DNA from: Desulfocapsa sulfexigens DSM 10523
GTDB lineage: Bacteria; Desulfobacterota; Desulfobulbia; Desulfobulbales; Desulfocapsaceae
Length of the DNA stretch: 32,000 nt
NCBI RefSeq assembly: GCF_000341395.1
Contig: NC_020304.1
Location: forward strand, 3,450,001-3,482,000
Direction: 5' to 3'
This document shows positions 1-8,355 of the stretch, piece by piece. The first letter of the stretch is position 1. Each line of letters begins with the position of its first letter. The notes under the pieces were generated by a model that was not told the DNA's origin, searched no databases, and saw nothing but the letters and a program-made list of their open reading frames with translations. A program made the translations under genes and the position numbers.

Positions 1-661
1 CTTCAATACCGTCAACGTAGGCAATAGCCTGTTGAGCAGTACGAACATTGGATTCAGAAAGATCTATGGCATCACCCTCAGAATCTTTTAAATCATAGTC
101 TAAGGAAAACGTTATGGAAGCGTCATTTCCAGTCAGAACCATATGATAATTGCCACTATCATTCCCATCATTAATAATAGATGCTGAAACGCCTGTGTCT
201 TCTGAAACATTGTTAATGGCTTGCATCAATCCCTGAAGAGAATTGTTGGAATCATCAATCTCTAGACTAACAGCACCGATGGCAAAAGTCCCTGTACCAA
301 AAATATTTTCAGTTTCAGAACTGTATCCACTGCTAACCGTCTTTTGAACCTGCGCGAGCTGGGCCACCGCAATATCATAACTGCCTTCACGAGCACCATT
401 GGAGGTAGCGGTAATAAACTCTTCGGAACTGAGTCTGACACTGGTGGTCTGAACATCACTGGTTATATTGAGATTTCCGGCTGCAGAACGAAGATCTTCC
501 AGTTTGGCATCAAACTGCTCATACGCCTGAAGACGGATGGTCTCATACTCTTTATCAGCCTCCAGACGATCCAACGGTCTTCTTTCTATAGCCATCAGGC
601 TAGAGACCAGGTCTTCTGTGGGCAGACCTGTGGCGAGGCCACCAAAACTTATCTCTGCCAT
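1..661 (-). CDS. fliD: Flagellar filament cap protein FliD (hook-associated protein 2), N-terminal ~220 codons; the 3' end runs off the left edge
   Basis: Absent from the ORF track because there is no stop in the window. I checked the minus-strand frame from ATG 661-659 by hand and found no in-frame stop down to position 2. The translation starts MAEISFGGLATGLPTEDLVSSLMAIERRPLDRLEADKEYETIRLQAYEQFDAKLEDLRSAAGNL, a typical FliD N-terminus. GAGGAG SD at 668-673, 6 nt from the ATG. Order fliC-flaG-fliD is classical. Confidence 0.85.
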   Translation of the reverse strand, partial: MAEISFGGLATGLPTEDLVSSLMAIERRPLDRLEADKEYETIRLQAYEQFDAKLEDLRSAAGNLNITSDVQTTSVRLSSEEFITATSNGAREGSYDIAVAQLAQVQKTVSSGYSSETENIFGTGTFAIGAVSLEIDDSNNSLQGLMQAINNVSEDTGVSASIINDGNDSGNYHMVLTGNDASITFSLDYDLKDSEGDAIDLSESNVRTAQQAIAYVDGIE

Positions 662-719
662 ACCATACTCCTCAGCGGATTTTAGTGACTAACTAACTGA
701 AATATAAAACTAACAAGTA

Positions 720-1082
720 CTACTCTACGGTATCAACAAGCTTCCCGCGAAGATCCTCAAGATTTGCCTGCATACCTAGAATTTCTTCTGCAGGAACCTG
801 ACGAATCACCTCATCGGTCTTGGTGTCCACAACTTTTACGACCAGTTTATTAAACTCCTGGTTATTTTCAAAGCGAACACTATAAAGACCATCTTCGGTG
901 AGCGACTTGATCTGATTCAGGAGCTCTTCCGGCTGTACACCACCACTCTCTGGAGAACTTACCTTCTCCAGATTCACATCTCCCTTCTTCAGATCTTTAC
1001 GTCCGGAATCGACGCCATCTGCTGGCCGCGGCATCTGCTGCAGTGCGGAACCCGTTGCATTCATAGCTTCTATTGACGACAT
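720..1082 (-). CDS. flaG: FlaG family flagellar protein
   Basis: 120-aa ORF between fliC and fliD. The C-terminal half (YSVRFENNQEFNKLVVKVVDTKTDEVIRQVPAEEIL) fits the FlaG family pattern. GAGGAA SD at 1089-1094, 6 nt upstream of the ATG. Confidence 0.8.
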   Translation of the reverse strand: MSSIEAMNATGSALQQMPRPADGVDSGRKDLKKGDVNLEKVSSPESGGVQPEELLNQIKSLTEDGLYSVRFENNQEFNKLVVKVVDTKTDEVIRQVPAEEILGMQANLEDLRGKLVDTVE

Positions 1083-1213
1083 AATGTATTCCTCTAGCGA
1101 AAACCGCTAATGACAGATTATTCATAAATTTAAAAAGCTGCCCTGAAAAATCACCTGCTGTTACTAATCAAAAAAAGTAACAAGAGGACAATTTTCCAGG
1201 GGGCTTTACATGT

Positions 1214-1238
1214 CGGGGGTTGTAACAACCAACCCCCG
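1214..1238 (-). terminator. Perfect 9-bp stem / 7-nt loop hairpin just downstream of the fliC stop (terminator or attenuator/stabiliser)
   Basis: cgggggttg (1214-1222) pairs perfectly with caacccccg (1230-1238). It lies 15 nt after the fliC stop at 1253. No clear U-tract follows on the minus strand, so intrinsic termination is uncertain. Confidence 0.45.
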
Positions 1239-1252
1239 AGTTGAGTTTACGA

Positions 1253-3100
1253 TTAACCTAACAGTGACAAGGCCAACTGTGGTTGCTGATTAGCCTGGGC
1301 CAAAATTGAAACGCCAGCTTGTTGCAGGATATTCATTTTGGTCATCGCCGAAGTTTCCATGGCGATATCAGCATCAAGGATCCGTGAACGTGCAGCAGAA
1401 AGATTCTCTGATACATTGTTCAAGTTGGCAATGGTGGATTCAAAACGATTCTGGATCGCACCCAAGCCACCTCGGATAATATCAACATCCTCAAGGGCTT
1501 TATCAACACTGGCGATAGCTATAACAGCATTTTCACGGGTATCAACTGACATCTGGTCAACTGTTACAGTTGCTGATGTCGCTGCACCAACATCTGCACC
1601 GCCAGCCAAGGTAATTGTGCCGGCAACACTTGCAGCAGTCGTTCCTGAAAAGTCAACCAATGCCTGAGCTGCGAGACCACTGGCAGTTGTCAGAGCCTCA
1701 ACATAACTAGCTATTTCTGCTCCAGTATCCATTGAAGCTGACGTCAATGACGCAGTGATGGTAATTGTCGTATCAGAGACCACGACAGTGCTCGCATCGG
1801 CTGTCCCGCCGGATAAGTCAAGCGAACCGGCCGTAACTGCACTCGCTGATCCTGCAAAGCCAACCAAAGCCTGGGCTGAGATAGCACTGGCGGTTGTCAG
1901 GGCGCTAAGAACAGCAGCTAACTCTGCTCCTGTGTCTGTCGCTGCAGCAGTCAGTGATGCTGTTACAGTAATCGTGGTACTTCCTGCTGTATCCGTTGCA
2001 ACCGCTATAGTAGCGTCATCTAAACCACCAGACAAATCATAGGTGTTGGCGACACTTGCAGCTGTTGATCCTGTGAAATCTATCAAAGCTTGCGCTTCAA
2101 GAGCACTGGCAGTTGTTGCATCAAAAATATCCTGCAGCCCTGCTGTTGTTGAACCGACTGTAGTGCTAAAGTCTGCGGTGATTGTGATAGTAGTACTTCC
2201 AGCAGTTGAAGTGGCAACAGTAATATCACTGCCAGAAGTCGCATCAACCAGGACAAGCGAGATATTATTACCGGCAAGCCCTGTATCATCAGCTACTACA
2301 GAGAAGGCTGTTGTAGCATTAGTTGCAGCAACACTGGTCGCAGTAGTATCAGCGACGACAACCGTAATATCATTACCAGCGGTACCAACACTCACTGCTG
2401 TCACATCTAATGACCCAGTAGTATTGGCAGCAGCAACCGAAGCAACGGAGGCTCCGCCATCAACGAGGACAATCGAGATATCATTACCAGCTGATCCAGC
2501 TGACTGTGCTGTTCCGATCAATGATCCTGCGGTATTTGTTGCTACCGAAGCTGATGTAGTTGCAGCTACTGCAGCCGCAGCTTCTCCTAAATCAGCAGCA
2601 CGGGCACTATCAATGGAAAAGGAGATAGTCTGATCAGCACCAGCGTTGGCACCAACCTGAAATGTTGCATTCGTCATAGAGCCGTCGATAACAGCTTTGC
2701 CGTTAAACTCGGTGGTCTGAGCAATACGGTCAAGTTCAAATTTAAGTTGAGTCACCTCATCGTTGAGAGAACTACGATCACTTTCGGTGTTGGTGTCATT
2801 GGCAGACTGAACGGCCAACTCACGAATACGCTGCAGGATATTAGTACTTTCCTGAAGTGCACCCTCAGCCGTTTGCGCCAGAGAGATACCATCATTAGCG
2901 TTTCTTGCTGCCTGATTCAAACCACGAATCTGAGAAGTCATACGGTCGGAAATAGCAAGACCAGCAGCGTCATCTTTAGCGCTGTTGATACGCAGACCAG
3001 ACGACAAACGCTGCATAGATTTATTTAGTGCAGATTGAGAGTTACCCAGATTACGTTGGGCGTTAAGAGATGCTACGTTGGTGTTAATTGTTAAGGCCAT
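1253..3100 (-). CDS. fliC: Flagellin (615 aa) with conserved D0/D1 termini and a long Ala/Thr/Ser-rich repetitive variable domain
   Basis: N-terminus [55 protein letters not shown]-terminus [69 protein letters not shown]. Both are canonical flagellin N/C domains. GGAGGA SD at 3106-3111. Confidence 0.97.
   Translation of the reverse strand: MALTINTNVASLNAQRNLGNSQSALNKSMQRLSSGLRINSAKDDAAGLAISDRMTSQIRGLNQAARNANDGISLAQTAEGALQESTNILQRIRELAVQSANDTNTESDRSSLNDEVTQLKFELDRIAQTTEFNGKAVIDGSMTNATFQVGANAGADQTISFSIDSARAADLGEAAAAVAATTSASVATNTAGSLIGTAQSAGSAGNDISIVLVDGGASVASVAAANTTGSLDVTAVSVGTAGNDITVVVADTTATSVAATNATTAFSVVADDTGLAGNNISLVLVDATSGSDITVATSTAGSTTITITADFSTTVGSTTAGLQDIFDATTASALEAQALIDFTGSTAASVANTYDLSGGLDDATIAVATDTAGSTTITVTASLTAAATDTGAELAAVLSALTTASAISAQALVGFAGSASAVTAGSLDLSGGTADASTVVVSDTTITITASLTSASMDTGAEIASYVEALTTASGLAAQALVDFSGTTAASVAGTITLAGGADVGAATSATVTVDQMSVDTRENAVIAIASVDKALEDVDIIRGGLGAIQNRFESTIANLNNVSENLSAARSRILDADIAMETSAMTKMNILQQAGVSILAQANQQPQLALSLLG
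1583..2206 (-). repeat. Three ~65-72-aa tandem repeats in the flagellin variable domain (aa 299-506)
   Basis: Units begin [14 protein letters not shown]..., [14 protein letters not shown]..., [12 protein letters not shown].... Each contains TTAS-x-x-AQALxxFxGSxAxxV...L[SA]GG. Seen by aligning the translation by eye. Confidence 0.75.
2207..2497 (-). repeat. Three ~25-38-aa tandem units in the flagellin variable domain (aa 202-298), each starting with an AGN[DN]I[ST]-[IVL]V-hydrophobic-D motif
   Basis: [14 protein letters not shown]... / [14 protein letters not shown]... / [14 protein letters not shown]... read directly from the translation. Confidence 0.7.
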
Positions 3101-3105
3101 GGTGA

Positions 3106-3140
3106 TCCTCCATGAATTGTTAAGTTGGGCGTCCTTGCCC
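3106..3140 (-). promoter_or_regulatory. Candidate CsrA-type sites in the fliC leader: GGA in a hairpin loop plus GGA within the SD
   Basis: The minus-strand RNA reads GGGC-AAGGAC-GCCC (3140-3127; 4-bp stem, AAGGA in the loop). About 25-30 nt downstream comes CAUGGAGGAUCACC-AUG (SD 3111-3106). This layout resembles the two-site CsrA operators described for flagellin mRNAs. No csrA or fliW gene is in the window. Confidence 0.3.
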
Positions 3141-3272
3141 GTTTGAAACTGTATTAATTACTGTTATTCTTCAAACTTGATTTCTTCGATTATCCACCTC
3201 CCCTTTTATTGGTTACTGTTTCGGTTATAACTTTTGTAAAAACACTGTTAAGGGCTCTACTCCTTATAGGAC

Positions 3273-3300
3273 GTATCGGAAGTGGTTCCAGAATACTTTA
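3273..3300 (-). promoter_or_regulatory. Sigma28 (FliA)-type promoter candidate for fliC
   Basis: The minus strand reads TAAAGTAT-N12-TCCGATAC (-35 at 3300-3293, -10 at 3280-3273), against consensus TAAAGTTT-N11-GCCGATAA. The spacer is 1 nt longer than consensus. It would give a leader of about 165 nt. Confidence 0.5.
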
Positions 3301-3885
3301 GTTTTTTTTTATTTAATTTATTTTATTTATTTTGGGGCTGTAGCCGACATGTTCATCGATCTGTTCAATCACCTACTGGCCGAGGGTATACTTCGTTAAA
3401 CAGTATCCTGTAAGTGCGTTCACAAAACATAATTCTTTTTTTTCGAGCGACCTTTTTTCTGTACTTATAGTATCACTAATATCACTGTCTAAATAATAAA
3501 ATAGCGTTTGAGGTACCTTTTGGTCGACAGTCGTATCTTTTTTTCTATAGTGCTGGTCGAAAAAGAATTACGTAACAAAATTATCTATTTCAAAAGATCG
3601 CTCAAACCTGCTATTATAGCAATAGTGTGCAAGATCAATTATTTCTTCAGTATCAGCACATCTCAAAGAAATGAAACTTGACACACCATCATGCCCTTTT
3701 CAGTCAATTGAGGTCTTTAGTACATGCTGCAATTTACCGTTGGTTGGAATATTGTTTTGCCCATAAAGCACTCAAAATTCCGATAGCGTATTTTTCTTTA
3801 GAAGTTTTTCATGTTCAGATCATACTTTCATTATATCTGAACATATATAGTGGTGCAGAAAATAGTTTACAGGATGACAAGTTAG

Positions 3886-6800
3886 ATGAAAAGAACAATA
3901 CAATCGGTAATGGATCCCGAGCTACAGCTCAACACCAAATCCGACTTAGTTTATTACATTACTTTTCCAGATAATTACAACCCAGCAGTCGAATACCCTC
4001 TAATAATTTCCATTGACGGATATGGTGGACACCCTGGGTCTGAATATCAGTCTGAAAAACTGAGACCTTACTTAAGTGAAAAATATGAATCTATTGTTGT
4101 AGGAGTGTCGTATCACGGCATCAACAGGACTGGAAGTGTAGTTGAATTTTCTCCTGAAGCGTGGGAATCTATTTTCGATTTAGAACCAGGTGAATTTACT
4201 AAGAGGTTTGTAGCAGGCAAACCAATGGACAAAATATTTGATGATATTTTTGCCTTTTTGGTTGAACGAAAAATCTCAAGACTTTCTCCCCTATTGGCAG
4301 TTAAAACTACCTTGCCTGACAAATACTCTTCATTTGGTTTTTTACCTGCCATAGAACATTTGAATGTTCTTTACGACATACTCTCAAACTATAAAATAAA
4401 ATTATCAGAAATTAACATCCTGGGGACATCCTATGGTGGATATATTGCCTTATTGATGGGCAAATTCGCTCCCCATACATTCAATTTTATAATTGACAAT
4501 TCTGGCTTTGTCGCCACACAATTTTCTGAAATTCACCCATCACTGGTAACAAGTAGTGCCAGTTATATGCGAATGGTTAATGGAAAAAGATATGAAATTC
4601 CGGCAACCACAAAATCATTATGGGAGAACAACGAATTTTCAGAAAAGTATTTTTCCGACGCCAACAGAATGATACGCAATGTTACTGTGAAAGAGCATAT
4701 GCTTGAGTCTGACACAAAATACTTTTCATACCATTCCAAAAAAGACATTATTGCCTTACTAGCTGAAAAAAAGATGTTTTGTGACAAATTGAAAGAATTC
4801 GCCTATGTCGATTTTTCAGAAATCGGCGACAAAGAAATTGATGGTTCATTGTTTAAAAATCTCAATCACGGCATGAACGCCTCTCTGCGAAAATTATATG
4901 ATGTTACATTCCAGAAGAATGCACTTGTAAACAAACAACATAAATATCAAACTGATTTTCATCTCAAGTCTAAGCATGTCTTTGACTGTTTCAGTAAAAA
5001 ATATGAGTTTACATACTGCCTTGATAAAGGTTTAGAAGTCAAAGTCACCTCACTCAAGATGAATCCATCAGTATCGAACCACAACAACTGTATCGACGAT
5101 AAAGATATTCCGCTAAATTCAACTATGCAAAATGACATGAAGAAACAGCCCACCATCGGTACAAAGACGCTTACACTGACTCACCTCCCCCCTTCATACA
5201 AAAACGATATTTTCAATCAAAACCTTGCATATTTCAAAGCAAAGCATCCGTCACTTTACAACATGGTAATCAATCATAAATGCAATGAGTACTGGCTTTG
5301 CAGTAATCCAGATGGAAGCCCAAATATATATGAGATAAAGAGCAACTCACCCTTATATAAGGTCTATAACAAAAAATCATTATTCGATAATATCAACAAG
5401 AATATTTCAGGACTTTCGGCCAATGCTACAATTGCTGAGGCATTTGTGGGTGGAGGGAATGATCGTTGGAAAATTAATAGTCCTATTCAATGTCAGATGC
5501 TTAATGATTTGTTCGCAAATGGTATATTTAAAAAATTAGGTGTCAATTATGACAACCTTGCACCATTCAACAATTATAAAACTGACTTTATGCCCCTGGT
5601 TCGAGTTTATGGAATAGGTCTGGGATACCACATAACTGAATTACTGAGAACAAGAAATGTTTGCTACATGACCATCTACGAACCACACCTTGATCTTTTT
5701 TACACCTCCCTCTTCACGGTACCGTGGAATCTCCTTTTTAAATATTTTGACACCAACGGCAAGGGGGTTAACCTTGTTATAGGTGACACTGCTGACAAAG
5801 CCGTCCTTAGTAATATTACTTTTATTAAAAACCGATTCATGCCACTTACTAGCTATTTCTACCGTTTAAATCATCTTAATTCTTTGCAATCAAAAGAACT
5901 TATCCAGAAAGAACCTCAATCAGATTCCATTGAAAGATCACAATCAGATGCAGGATGGTACGAAGATCAGAGGACAGGTTTTTATATGAGTGCGAGGAAT
6001 ATAAAGAAAAGAAATAAATTTTACACAGGACGACGAACCAAAAAGACATTTCGCGCTTTTGTTGTTGGAAGTGGCCCTTCACTCAATGATTCGATTTCCT
6101 ATATAGAAAAACATCAAAATGATGCTCTCATTTTCTCATGTGGATCTGCAATAACTCCTTTGCTCAAAGCTGGAATAATTCCTGATTATGAGATTGTTCA
6201 GGAACGAACATGGCATTTCCCCAAACACGAGGAAAAACACGATCTTGCTCTTGTAAAACAGATATCACTTCTTAAGCTCAATGTCGTAAGCCCCAAAATT
6301 GATCACTATTATAAGGAAACTCTTGTTTTTCAGAAATTCAGGGATCCAGGTTCTTCATTTTTAGGAAAGGACTATGCAGTGACTACCGCAGTAAACCCTA
6401 CAGTTACTAATGCCGGAATCGCTATCAGTGCTGCCCTCGGCGCAAAAGAGGTTTATCTTTTTGGTGTGGATTATGGCGCACCTGCAGAGGGTAAGAAAAT
6501 GCATGCTGCAAATACCCTCCATGACCATTCCCCTGTAGATGATAGCGTGGATGCAAAAGCCACATCCGACATTCCAGGAAACTTTGGCTCAACTATACGT
6601 ACTACCTCGGTGCTGTCCTGGTCCTTACAGACAACGGAAATGAAAATTGCCGAATTCCCAAAAATACGTTGGTATAACGTCGGTGAAGGTGCTCGTATTT
6701 CAGGGGCAATTCCAACAAAGGTAGAAAATCTTCCAAAAAAATACTCCGGGAAAACGTCAAAGAAGGATTTACGGAAACAGGTATCAAGTTGTTTCAACAA

Positions 6801-7197
6801 TAATTATTCATCCGATGAAATACTTAACAGGTTAAAAACAGTACAGATGAATCAAATCGAAGAATATCTACAATCTTTGCTTGGGTTCACAACTGCAACG
6901 CCGCAAACCAGAGAGGAGATTATCAACACTCTCCAACTGTTATATTCGGCGGTGAATGTGGGAAAAAATCAAACTAACTTCCTGCCATCCTCCCTCTTGC
7001 CATATGGTTTTATGCAATTTATTACCAGCGTCTTTATTCAGTGCTCGATGGAACCCACTGATGAAGGGGCAGTTCAATTTTTTGAAACATCCAAGAGAAT
7101 TTTGGCTGAATATATAAACAGCATACAAACGGATATACAAAAGATGTTAGACTATATTGAGCGCGACGAAGAGACTGAGTTAATTGAGGCATGGTAA
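3886..7197 (+). CDS. maf: Fusion protein: N-terminal alpha/beta-hydrolase-like domain (aa ~20-345) + motility accessory factor (Maf, DUF115/MAF_flag10) flagellin nonulosonic-acid glycosyltransferase (aa ~436-1103)
   Basis: One uninterrupted 1103-codon ORF. Nucleophile elbow G-T-S-Y-G-G (Ser182, nt 4429-4431), with later candidate acid/base residues in YHSKKDIIA (D287) and NLNHGMN (H328). The Maf part opens with DIFNQNLAYFKAKHPSLY and carries FRAFVVGSGPSLNDS (GSGPSL at 6067-6084) followed by LKAGIIPDYEIVQER, typical of the Maf/DUF115 core. Confidence 0.8.
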   Translation: MKRTIQSVMDPELQLNTKSDLVYYITFPDNYNPAVEYPLIISIDGYGGHPGSEYQSEKLRPYLSEKYESIVVGVSYHGINRTGSVVEFSPEAWESIFDLEPGEFTKRFVAGKPMDKIFDDIFAFLVERKISRLSPLLAVKTTLPDKYSSFGFLPAIEHLNVLYDILSNYKIKLSEINILGTSYGGYIALLMGKFAPHTFNFIIDNSGFVATQFSEIHPSLVTSSASYMRMVNGKRYEIPATTKSLWENNEFSEKYFSDANRMIRNVTVKEHMLESDTKYFSYHSKKDIIALLAEKKMFCDKLKEFAYVDFSEIGDKEIDGSLFKNLNHGMNASLRKLYDVTFQKNALVNKQHKYQTDFHLKSKHVFDCFSKKYEFTYCLDKGLEVKVTSLKMNPSVSNHNNCIDDKDIPLNSTMQNDMKKQPTIGTKTLTLTHLPPSYKNDIFNQNLAYFKAKHPSLYNMVINHKCNEYWLCSNPDGSPNIYEIKSNSPLYKVYNKKSLFDNINKNISGLSANATIAEAFVGGGNDRWKINSPIQCQMLNDLFANGIFKKLGVNYDNLAPFNNYKTDFMPLVRVYGIGLGYHITELLRTRNVCYMTIYEPHLDLFYTSLFTVPWNLLFKYFDTNGKGVNLVIGDTADKAVLSNITFIKNRFMPLTSYFYRLNHLNSLQSKELIQKEPQSDSIERSQSDAGWYEDQRTGFYMSARNIKKRNKFYTGRRTKKTFRAFVVGSGPSLNDSISYIEKHQNDALIFSCGSAITPLLKAGIIPDYEIVQERTWHFPKHEEKHDLALVKQISLLKLNVVSPKIDHYYKETLVFQKFRDPGSSFLGKDYAVTTAVNPTVTNAGIAISAALGAKEVYLFGVDYGAPAEGKKMHAANTLHDHSPVDDSVDAKATSDIPGNFGSTIRTTSVLSWSLQTTEMKIAEFPKIRWYNVGEGARISGAIPTKVENLPKKYSGKTSKKDLRKQVSSCFNNNYSSDEILNRLKTVQMNQIEEYLQSLLGFTTATPQTREEIINTLQLLYSAVNVGKNQTNFLPSSLLPYGFMQFITSVFIQCSMEPTDEGAVQFFETSKRILAEYINSIQTDIQKMLDYIERDEETELIEAW

Positions 7198-7209
7198 AAA
7201 AATAGACGT

Positions 7210-8355
7210 CTACCCGGCGACACCCAATTGGGAAAACATTTGTCCATAGATCTTTAAGGTCCGCTTTTTTGCAAGATCAATACTCTGTCTGTACTTATTT
7301 ACGGATTCTTCAGTTTCATGTAACGTTTTTGAAGCTTTACTCACGAGTTCATCTGAAAAACTGCCAGCGACAGTCACATAACGATCGTTCAGGTTAAGAG
7401 AGTCATACGCATATTGAACTCTGTCTAAGGCTGCCAATCCTACAATTGGTTTTACCATTGCCATATTGCAAACATTTGCATGATATCTCATACCGAGTAC
7501 CAGGCCACTGTTCTTATATATTGAAAAAAGTAAGTTTGCCCCTTTGTCATACTGAATACAAGGTGCGATAGTGACGTGTCGGCGAATCAAGAAATCATCC
7601 ATAGTAACCAGTAAATCAGATATTGCCCTAAGGTCGCTATAAATATGTGGAACTAAGACGACATCGAAATCTTCCTGACTAATTAGATAAGTAAGAGATT
7701 TTGAAAGCTCTTCGTAATAACGTGCAGTATCAATATTACCACGAGAATTACTTTTCATAGTCAACTGATCGCTGGTAATATTAACTGCAACGTATCTCTT
7801 ACCGTTAGTAAATATTGGATCAAGCTCAACTGGTTCGTAAAAATAGCCATTATCTAATATTTCTTCCATGTATTCCAGATAATGCTCTCCAATTTCATCC
7901 TTAAATGAATTCACCGAGCCATCGTTTCTCAAGGCAATCTTGATATTGGGCCGTGCACAAAGCTCATCAAGAAATCTTCTGAACTTAGTAATATTTCCTT
8001 CGGGTACTTCTCTATGAGGGTTACATCCAATGCTAGTTATAAGCATCGGTGTAGTGAGTTTTTTTAACACCCCGGGAAAGAAATCGATTGTCGTTCCGGT
8101 AAAGCTGTCTTTCACCCAATAATCAAGAAACCCTCCACCTCCAATTACCAGCAAATCGAAAGTGTTTGCATAATCTATAAATCCTTCATTAAATTCACAC
8201 TTATCTTTGAGGGTATAACTTTTATAAAATTTCCTGATTTCCATGCGATGGATTTCATACTTACTGAAAAACGAATCGATGATACGCTTAAACCCCATAT
8301 GACTTGCGTTATCACCTATATTGCCAAGAAAAGATGCTACATGTAAAATTCTCAT
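7210..8355 (-). CDS. Polysaccharide pyruvyl transferase family protein (CsaB/WcaK-like)
   Basis: N-terminal MRILHVASFLGNIGDNASHMG and DLLVIGGGGFLDYW, plus C-terminal LVLGMRYHANVCNMAMVKPIVGLA, resemble the conserved blocks of the PS_pyruv_trans family. Its ATG (8355-8353) overlaps the neuA stop by 1 nt (TAATG). Confidence 0.65.
   Translation of the reverse strand: MRILHVASFLGNIGDNASHMGFKRIIDSFFSKYEIHRMEIRKFYKSYTLKDKCEFNEGFIDYANTFDLLVIGGGGFLDYWVKDSFTGTTIDFFPGVLKKLTTPMLITSIGCNPHREVPEGNITKFRRFLDELCARPNIKIALRNDGSVNSFKDEIGEHYLEYMEEILDNGYFYEPVELDPIFTNGKRYVAVNITSDQLTMKSNSRGNIDTARYYEELSKSLTYLISQEDFDVVLVPHIYSDLRAISDLLVTMDDFLIRRHVTIAPCIQYDKGANLLFSIYKNSGLVLGMRYHANVCNMAMVKPIVGLAALDRVQYAYDSLNLNDRYVTVAGSFSDELVSKASKTLHETEESVNKYRQSIDLAKKRTLKIYGQMFSQLGVAG

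Noticed and set aside
262-685. ORFs 262..459 (-) and 344..685 (+)
   Set aside because: Both overlap the much better supported fliD frame, which is open from 661 to the window edge with a canonical FliD N-terminus.
1338-2633. Three long plus-strand ORFs (109, 95 and 196 aa) antisense to fliC
   Set aside because: They lie entirely inside the flagellin gene, whose GCN/ACN/GTN-rich codons leave the antisense strand free of stops. Their translations are low-complexity Ala/Val/Thr/Ser strings with no start context.
3431-3569. Loose inverted repeat (AATTCTTTTT..CGACC / GGTCGAAAAAGAATT) and two TGGTCGA direct repeats in the fliC-maf spacer
   Set aside because: The match needs several gaps and sits in a very AT-rich, homopolymer-rich region. 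It is not distinguishable from chance by eye.
3764-3786. Sigma28-like TAAAGCAC...CCGATAG upstream of maf
   Set aside because: Only 12 nt separate TAAA from CCGATA, against about 16 in the consensus. The spacing is incompatible with FliA recognition.
3678-3974. 98-aa plus-strand ORF overlapping the maf start
   Set aside because: No SD, no recognisable motifs, AT-rich intergenic composition, and its end overlaps the maf 5' region in another frame.
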